DNA of 61,520 nucleotides, filler included, from Bipalium vagum (lineage: Eukaryota): NCBI GenBank assembly GCA_037834085.1. It is 3 parts of 3 records of this genome, joined end to end, with 100 filler letters (N's around TTAATTAATTAA, not from the genome) between each part and the next. Parts side by side here need not be neighbours in the genome. Positions count along the whole stretch, not along the records: positions 38,815 to 61,520 come from JBBMKC010217908.1; 2 more parts are not named here. The stretch is one strand, 5' to 3'. Shown piece by piece: positions 53,401 through 61,520 of this stretch. Positions within the stretch are counted from its first letter, which is position 1; every line of letters starts with the position of its first letter. The position numbers were made by a program, and so were the translations under genes. The notes below the pieces were generated by a model, which saw only the letters and a list, made by a program, of their open reading frames with translations, was not told the origin of the DNA and did no database searches.

Positions 53401-55447
53401 TTTAATCGTTCAGGTAACATGTCATGAGAACTTTGTCTTTAATTTTTAATTCTTATTTTTTGTACGATATTTTGATTTATGATTCATTATATATAGAGGG
53501 GTTTACTGATAATGGGTAACATTTACATGGACACCATTTTGATTTTTATTTACAAAATCGATTTACAATAATAACAATAATAATAATATGTCAAACGATT
53601 AAAATATTTTCGTGATTGGTTATCCTGAAAATTGTCTCAGTTTTGGCTTTGAGATACTTCAATGCCTTTCCAATTAATGACTAATTAGTTGAGAATCATT
53701 TGATTAAAGGGAATGGAATGAAAAAAAACTAAATTATTTTTTCTATTAATGAATTGAAATTTTTTATGTTTTTGTTTTATTTTTAATTATTTTCATGATT
53801 ATATTTTTACATTATGAAGATTTCATCAATTACTTTATATTATTGAAAACAGGCTATTATTATTACTTAATTGATCATTGATGATAAGTATTATCGATAA
53901 TTGTTCTCTTTTGGTTATTGTGTTTAGAAGTACGATTTCATCTACTTATTTTCTAGAAAATATATTTCTTGTAATTTATCAGAATCTTGAGTATTTTTTT
54001 AAATTGTACAAAACTGTATAAATATAAACTTTTTGTATGGTTTTTGTAAAATCATCAGATTTGAAACTACCTGTTTCTTCATCAATATGTATTTAAAGAT
54101 AAAAAATAATATAATGTAGTTTTTCCTCAATTATCGTTTTTTCATCTTCAGTGTCAATCACCATGAATTCTTGTTGATGAATTTTTAAAATATTTTTCAA
54201 AAACATTGGTAATGGTAGTAATTCTTTTTTATCTAACGCAAGCTTTGACCATATTATAGCATCTAATATCCTTTTTTATCTTAAGATTTTTGCTAAGACG
54301 TGTTGCTGTTCTCTGAAAAAATGAGCCTTTCCATAAATAAATTTCTGTAGTTGTCTAAAGTTTTTATTAATTCCAGCATCTAAAGGTTTAATATGACTGA
54401 TTTTGTTAGAGAATAAAAATATCAATTTTATAGTAGATAAATTGACATCGATGTGGGATTGCAGTTATTGATCATCAGAATTACAAAGTTTTTAACCAAT
54501 TAACAAGAATTTCTTTTGTCATCATGCATTTTTGTTGAATTCATAAACAATATCTAAAGATTTTAAATTAAATTGTTTAAACTCGTGGATTTTTAAATTT
54601 CCAAAAAAAGATGGTAATTTTTCTCAATTTTTTGAGCATCATAATAAAATTGCTATCCTTTCTTTTGCGCACCTGACATTTTTAACGCTCGAGTTTCTAC
54701 TGAAGACTTTTTTGGCATTGTTTTATAAAAATAAAGAAGTTTCATCTTAATTAAATATATACTTATAATCATTTTTGATATATTTCATTAATAGAATATG
54801 TAATTCTTAATTTGTCATTATCAACTTTGATTAGCCATTCAAAACGTAAATGATCTTGAAGATCAAAAAGATTTTTTTTAAAAATTTTCCTCTGATTTGT
54901 CGGACACTTGCTTTTATAACTAATAATATGGTAATTTATTTCGAAAAGACAGTTTCAGGACATTTATTTCAAATTTCTTAACCAAAATAAAATTCATACA
55001 ATAAAAAATTTACAAATGAATCAATGAATAGTGTGCATTGAATCCATAATTTAAATCTATCTATATTCCTATAAATTAAGTATATAAAATTTGCAACAAA
55101 AAAGTTAAATTTCCGAATGGTCTAATATTGTTGAGGTATTAAGTGTATTTTTGATAAAGTTAAGTAATTTTATACTCCATAATAATTTGCAAATCACTCA
55201 AATCTCATTTCACATAAAATTCTTTCAACTATATTTAATAAGTATACGTCTTAGATATAAAATCAATTGAATATTTAACAATCTTGTAAAATAATTCTAC
55301 TCAGGAATTGTGAATGCAGTTAAATTGAAATTTTTTAGAAAAATTGTGTCTATTAAAATTGGTCTTTTAAAATATCTCATTTATTTAACTTTGTTATTGA
55401 TTCGAATAATTTTATTGATGATGATTATAATAATAATAATAATAATC

Positions 55448-55499
<52 letters not shown>

Positions 55500-58229
55500 T
55501 CGAAATTTTTAATAAAGAATGTCAGAATGATTTTCCTCAATCATAATAAATTTCATTTTTCAAAAGTGTCATTGTGCTTATCAAAGTTTTTTGTCTTTTT
55601 ATTCTAATCTTCAGTTTGAAAATCATTTGAAACAGTCTTTTTTCCAGAATATGTTTATGAATTAAATTATTGATTTTATTTCCTTGGTAACCGCGAAAGA
55701 CATTTCTATTTTCATAATTTTTTAAGTCAATAATATCCACATTTTATAAATGTATACGCGAAAAATTTTCATGTCAACATTGCAGAAACTGGAATATGAA
55801 ATGAATATGATAATGGAATTTAAAAATAAAGAAACTAAAACTGTGATTAAGTTATAAATTCTTTTCAAGTTTACTCTCGATAAAAATATTATCTCTCAGA
55901 TATCTTTGTTAAAACAACTGTAACTCAAAAACCGTAACTTTGTAGGATTTTTTTTTAGGTCTAAGATATCAGACACTATTAAACTTTACGAAAATGGTCA
56001 TAATTCTTGGATAAAAAGTTACGAAAATAACGACAAAGGTTACTCAAAAGAGAGACAATTAAATTTTTTATTTTTAAATTATCAAGGTCTGCAATTCCCG
56101 ATAATAGGTAGAAATTCCTTTGAATCTTTTGTATTCCCTTGTCACCAGGCAACATAAATTGCATATAATAATATGTTCTATATGAAGATAAAAGAAAATC
56201 ATTTTTAACAAATTAATTATTCAAAAAAGGTCGTATATATAATTTTCTTTTTTTCGTTTTCTGTTTTTTGACCTTCAAAGTTTTAATACAAACGCGTTTT
56301 ACTTTCGTTTAGTTTACTGTTTTCTTTCAAATGTTCATTCATTTTAGAATTCTACTTAAGGTTTTCTGAAAAATCAAAGAATAAAGGTCGAATATTTCTC
56401 TAATTAAATGAAAGTGTGTGGGGTTTCCATTAACATAAGCTCAAGAAATCATCTTATGAAATCCTTTAAATTCTTTTCATTTTAGTATTTTAAACTTGAA
56501 ATTAAAAATTTTCAAAAAACTACAAATATTATAATATAAATGACATGATAAAAATGTTTTTATAATGTACTTTTTTAATTGTTTGTTTGTTGTAACCCAT
56601 TAATAAATAATGATTACAATAATAATAACAAATTGGATAAGTTGAACAAAGTAATATTTGTAAGAATGATACTAAATAAAAATTATCATTCTGTTTAGGA
56701 AGTGTGTGTTCTCTATTTGGCTACAAAAATTAATGAAGATCAGCTCAATTTGATAAATGTAACGGGGTTATTTGCGTGCATGTTTGGTATCTTCCTTCAT
56801 GTTATTATCAAAATTAAGCATAGTAAGGAAGGTTTTTTTTTATAATTTTATTAATTAAATTTTAAAAAATCAATGAAATATTGATTAATAATATCCTGTC
56901 TATAATTTTTTTATGCAACAACTCTGAGTTTATAAACAACTTAAATTATCACAAAATTTGATTTTTGATCAATTTAAAATTCTTGAACAGAATGTATTGA
57001 AGATAGTTAATTGAAATTATGTGTTAGTATAAATATTACTCGGCCACTCGATTAAAATAACGGTGTTGTTATAAGTTAACATTTTTCTATTTGAGAATTG
57101 TTAACCGTTCAAACACATGCCTTGATTGTTTAGTAATGATAATCTGTATTTTACGCTGCTAATGAATCGTCATTTAAACTTTGCTTAAATGATAGTTAGT
57201 CTGAGAAACTTTAGGTGTAAGTTCGAAATGATCTGGGTGTCTCTCATGTGAATCTTGTTTCTTAGTGAACTCGGAATTGGAATTTCATGATACATTGGAT
57301 GGGTTAAATTTAAAAACTACGCAAACCTAAGAGGTGGCAAAGTTTTGAGAAAACTTACTTCAAATGAGTAGACCAGCCTTGAAAGCTTACCCATTACCTT
57401 TAAACGAGTAGTCAGTTTTGACTCAGTTTCTTTATAAATTGAGGTGATGTTGTAACTTCTCTCGATAAATCATTTCTCAAAAATCTTTTACTGAAAAGAT
57501 CGATAAATTTGAATCACTTTGAAAGAAATTATTGAATATGTTAGTCTTTTAATTTTAAAGTTTATTTTGAGTCTAACTACAAAATTTTTTATTTTAAAAT
57601 TAAAAAACCACATCTTTTCTACTATTAGTAAACTGAAAATCTTACACAGACTTCTATTTTACATCGCCAGGTGTTTGATTTTTCTGTTTCAAACTCCTTA
57701 TCTGCCGCCGAATTTTATACTTTTTGATATGGTTAACCACTTCCAGTTTTTGGAGATTTGAAAAAAATTTTCGAATTTTATTTTTATTCATTCCTAATAT
57801 GAAATTTGAAAATATTATTGATTTAACAATATTCAAACAATTGCTTAAAATGGTTTGTATTAATTTTAATCATTTTAAAAAAAATCATGTTACGCGTATG
57901 CATGAGTTCTGCGTATGAGCAAGAAGTTAGGATACTTAATTCTTTTATTCGAAATATGGGAAAAAATCTGGAACTTCATTTACTGATATCCTGTTTTCTT
58001 AAAATCAGAAAATTAATTTCGAATTTTTGATTTTGTAGCATTATATTATTTATCATCAAAAATTAATATTTATTATTTAGATAAGCCTATCAATAATGTT
58101 ATTTACAAAGTCCATCGCAATGTCAGAACTCTTTCAAAATCCATAAATGGGACTTCATCAGGATTGACTAACCCATATTCAGATCCAAATGTTGTAAATA
58201 ATAACTTTTCACACACTAAAATTTGCTGA
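47432..58229 (+). CDS. SLC35C2: Solute carrier family 35 member C2-like nucleotide-sugar transporter; 5'-partial
   Basis: Exons 47432-47600, 47651-47734, 52968-53143, 56699-56822 (or 56831), 58081-58229. Protein includes [18 protein letters not shown]...[56 protein letters not shown] and GIFLHVIIK, all matching SLC35C2. Confidence 0.92.
48337..49330 (+). mobile_element. Mariner (DD34D) element, internally deleted, in SLC35C2 intron
   Basis: TA plus TIR TTGGGTTGTTCAAAAAGTCAGTGCGC. ORF pieces [63 protein letters not shown]...[16 protein letters not shown] (34 residues between D2 and D3), [15 protein letters not shown]. Confidence 0.93.
49340..50030 (-). mobile_element. Tc1-like fragment abutting the mariner 3' end
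   Basis: HTH-like [20 protein letters not shown] (ORF 49774..49965) and minus-strand VTFSDEASS (Tc1 V.FSDES motif) near 49480-49505. Confidence 0.55.
51420..51450 (-). ncRNA. Degenerate minimal hammerhead ribozyme motif
   Basis: Minus strand GA-CTGAAAA-AGATC-GAAA-CATG-TA-TC: CUGAnGA-like box (G to A), GAAA box, palindromic helix III (ACAUGU) and GUA triplet. Confidence 0.4.
51420..52000 (-). mobile_element. Penelope-like element 3' remnant (GIY-YIG endonuclease end)
   Basis: Minus strand [34 protein letters not shown] matches the Penelope GIY-YIG C-terminal R.I.ES..I....P.LN.Q motif. A hammerhead-like motif lies downstream. Confidence 0.6.
54020..55147 (-). mobile_element. Degenerate Tigger/pogo transposon in SLC35C2 intron
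   Basis: DETSLFYK and [14 protein letters not shown] motifs on the minus strand, with many stops. Confidence 0.7.
55427..55497. repeat. (AAT)n microsatellite
   Basis: Directly visible. Source of the poly-Ile spurious ORF 55310..55546. Confidence 0.95.
57050..57500 (-). mobile_element. Possible second Penelope-like remnant
   Basis: Minus-strand pieces FIERSY, YSFKGNG and CVVFKF are in the order expected for a Penelope linker/GIY-YIG region. Heavily decayed. Confidence 0.3.
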
Positions 58230-58529
58230 TAAATTATTTGAAATTTATTAGTAAATGTTTTTCCAATTTTTATATAAAAAAGTGATGGTTTTCAAAATAT
58301 AAAAATACGCGTATTTGTAAAACTTCCTAATATGAAAAATTGGAAATTTTTATCAGCATATTGAAAATCTGGAATGTCTTTTTCATAAATCATAATAAAT
58401 TCAAAGTTCTTTTTATTAGATACGTTTATAATTACATTTAAGTAAAAAAATTTTTGAAAATTTATTTTAAAGAAAGTTTCTCAGGAAACTACAAAGTTTC
58501 AGAATCTAAATTACCGAAAATTCAACTAT

Positions 58530-61110
58530 TTTACTAGATAGCCCTCTATCAGAATGACACAATCGAAAGGTTAGTATACTGAAGATCCCAGGATCCTAGA
58601 ATTTAACAGCAGATGATTTCAATTTCCAATTTTTAGGTAAAATACTTACGAATTGACGATCTAATAGTGAAGCACTTTCCTTAGACCGATGACCAACACT
58701 CTATAGGTACAGATGATACGAAAATTCAGAAAATTAGTTTAAGAGAAAAGGAATAAGTTGACTTATTAATTTGTATTTATTATATAACTAATTACTATTA
58801 AGGCATCGAAGAAATTTATGATGTTTTTCATCGATTTGAAGAAGTTTCTAGAATTTATAGACAATTCACTACCCTAAGCATTATTGAAAAACCAAAAAGA
58901 TTTTGAAATGAGAGTTTTAAAAAATATCGTATGATCTGAGGGTTGAACCCTATATTTATTTAAGATAGTCATGAAAAATAGATTTTAATTTTAAAGGTAT
59001 TTAGCACTCAATAATATAAAATGATTGGTATAAATTTATGTTGATCTAAAAAACTAGAAATTCACCCCAAAGTAATGAAGTACCTAAATAAATAGGAAAC
59101 CTCGTTGAATCCACAAAAACTTTGGGTCTAATTTTGTTATCATTGAAAGAAAATTTAATGTGTTGATTAATTAACAAAATTGTTTAGGGATATATTGAGT
59201 ATTGGTGGACTTTACTTTCCCAAAAAGAATTTTTGACATATAATGAGGCAAAATACTTAGCTTAGGGTAATACTGAATTTTTATTATTGTACTAAGACAA
59301 ATTTTATAGATAATTGCTAGTTTTTAATCTTAATGAATAAATAGAAGAAATTAAAAATTTAAGTTTTAATCAAAGATCCAGAAATAATTATAGACAGTAA
59401 CATTTGTATATACATTTTTGTATATATTGCGCTAAGTTTGAAATATAATGGTGCTTAATTCATATATTATGAAGAGGTATTTTCTACACATTAAGCCCTT
59501 ACATTCTGGAATCTTCTAAAAGAAAAATGGCACAGAAAAGTTGATCAAGGGCTGAACCAAATATTTCAAATGCATTTGTGTGGAAAAGTAAAGGGCTTAA
59601 ATCTTAATTGCCGAGACGAAATGCTAAATTATGAAGATTGTAAAAAAGGACATTTCTCAAAAAGACAGTTTTCACACAAAAATTGGAGTAAGCTTTAAAG
59701 TACAAAATGATAGATTAACATTTCTATCTGTACAAAAAGAAGGTTGAAGGATTAATAGAAAAAATTGGTACATGAGGTATACAAATAACAGCTCACAAAG
59801 GAATTAGTCGTTACTTGCTTCCAAGATATTAAAAATCAGATAAAAATTAAAGGAAAATTTAGGTAATACGCAGAGAATATATGAAGTGATAACTTATATA
59901 TCAAACTTTAGGATGATCTGATCAATGAAGAAAAATTAATGTAGAATAAAGTTATAATTATAATAATAAAAGAATCACAAATCAAAAGACGAACATAGAG
60001 CGTCTTAGAGTTAAAAGTTTTAAGGTCAGAGGTACAGAAATGAGCTAAAGTGTTAATCTTATCAAAAGGTAAATCACATTAGCCGAATGGTTTGAAAGAA
60101 AGTGTTTTACGCATTTGGATCACATCAGCATCTGTGAAGTAAATGCGACAGAATAATGTGTTCAAGACGTGAGAGGAATGAACACCAAACCGAAGGGTGT
60201 TATACAAATTTGGGAAGACTATAAGAGTACAATACAGTTCGATTACCAAAAGAAACGAAGAAACAGTTGAAGCAGAAGATATAACGGAATACCACATTTC
60301 CAAACTATTGTCGAAGGGTGGGGGTCAATTGTGGGTATCAATGATCAAATATGATATTCTGGAAGTAAAGCAAACGAAATTTCGAGTAGAAAGCAATGCG
60401 GTAAAAACCGGGAAAATTTGGATGAAAAAGAATAAAATTCAAAAATTATAACTTTAAATAGATGTATTTCAAAGAAATGAAGAAAGCAGTAATTGATTTA
60501 AGAAAAAGGAATAAATTAAAATTGGAAAGATTTTGTGATTAACGAAATCTGTCATTCAAAAATAAATTAATTATTAAAAACTTTGGCACAAAAAGAACAA
60601 GGTCCCTAATTAAAAATAAAGAAGAGGTATTCAACAACTTTGCACCGACATATATCAAAGGAAAATGAAAATGGAATTAATTTAAATGCCACTAGGAATG
60701 CTAACTAGGAATTGTTAGGAATAATAATTTATCGGTCTTCACAAGAACTGTATCTATTTGGTTACAGTGAAATGATTTTAAGTACCAAAAGGAAGCACGG
60801 TGTACTATATCATCCGCAAAACAGAAATCTGTCTGAATTTTAATAGTATCTTCATGGATGTATACAAATATTATATGGGAAAATACTGCTTTTGTTCACG
60901 AAAAGCGGTTTTCCTTAGATGGTCCGGATAATCGGTTACATATTATTGTAATGAATGAAAATGAAAAGTACGTTAAAATACAGTGCTCGGAAACAATCTG
61001 TATACCTTCAGGTCAGATAAACAGGAATTGAACCAACATCAAATTTCTTAAATTTCAAAAATTCGCTTGAAGGAACTCTAGGTATAGACAATTTTATCAA
61101 CCACTATAAC
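58530..61110 (+). mobile_element. Decayed Ty3/gypsy internal region (gag, protease and integrase remnants)
   Basis: Zinc-knuckle-like DCKKGHF (~59635), protease-region-like DVRGMNTKPKG (~60165), integrase-like FGYSEMILS (~60757) and YHPQNRNLSE (~60806; cf. YHPQ.NG.VER). Confidence 0.55.
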
Positions 61111-61520
61111 AGATAATTTATAATTATTTTGCTTGATCAATTTCTTCATTAATTAAAATTTTATCCTTTAAAGCTTTTATTTGAAATAAATAAAGTTTAT
61201 TAATTGATAATTCCATATTATCAAAAATTTCTCTATAAATTATTTTCTTTTTAGATGTAAATCCTATACTTATAGTTTCTCCAATAAATTAGTTTTAAAT
61301 GTTGATACTTACATCATAATTGCTGCTCCAATTTTAAAAAATTCTCCTATAAAAATACATCCATTTCTTGTTGATAAATCTATTGCGGTATATTTAAATT
61401 TTTATAATGTATTAATATATTGAGTTGAGTAAAAAGTCTTTTTGTATTTTTGCATTGAATCTAATAATCAAAATATTTCAAGTCTAATTAATTTAAAATT
61501 TGATAATTATATATTTGTTA

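Noticed and set aside
55310-55546. Poly-Ile ORF (and poly-Leu ORF 24585..24809)
   Set aside because: Translations of (AAT)n microsatellites.

Overview
Very AT-rich, intron-containing eukaryotic (animal) DNA. The 45-63 bp introns, (AAT)n microsatellites and abundant mariner/Tigger debris suggest a planarian-like flatworm, but this is inference only. The window is three pieces separated by artificial 100-bp spacers (N44-TTAATTAATTAA-N44 at 16053-16152 and 38715-38814), and genes are truncated towards these joins. I reconstructed four spliced genes by hand: the 3' half of a RAPGEF2/6 (PDZ-GEF)-like Rap GEF (- strand), a complete 5-exon 6-phosphogluconolactonase PGLS (- strand, 254 aa), the 5' end of centriolar CEP78 (+ strand) and the 3' part of an SLC35C2-like nucleotide-sugar transporter (+ strand). 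The rest is decayed transposon sequence: mariner DD34D, Tc1, maT-like, Tigger/pogo, hAT, Penelope-like, non-LTR RT and Ty3/gypsy remnants, plus a nest of solo-LTR-like elements and one tRNA-Ala-derived pseudogene. I found no intact novel multi-gene system. The most unusual unexplained signals are a fixed-span palindrome (TATTCAGCT-N20/21-AGCTGAATA, three copies), TATA boxes in hairpin loops in the LTR-like elements, and a degenerate minimal hammerhead ribozyme next to a Penelope GIY-YIG remnant.
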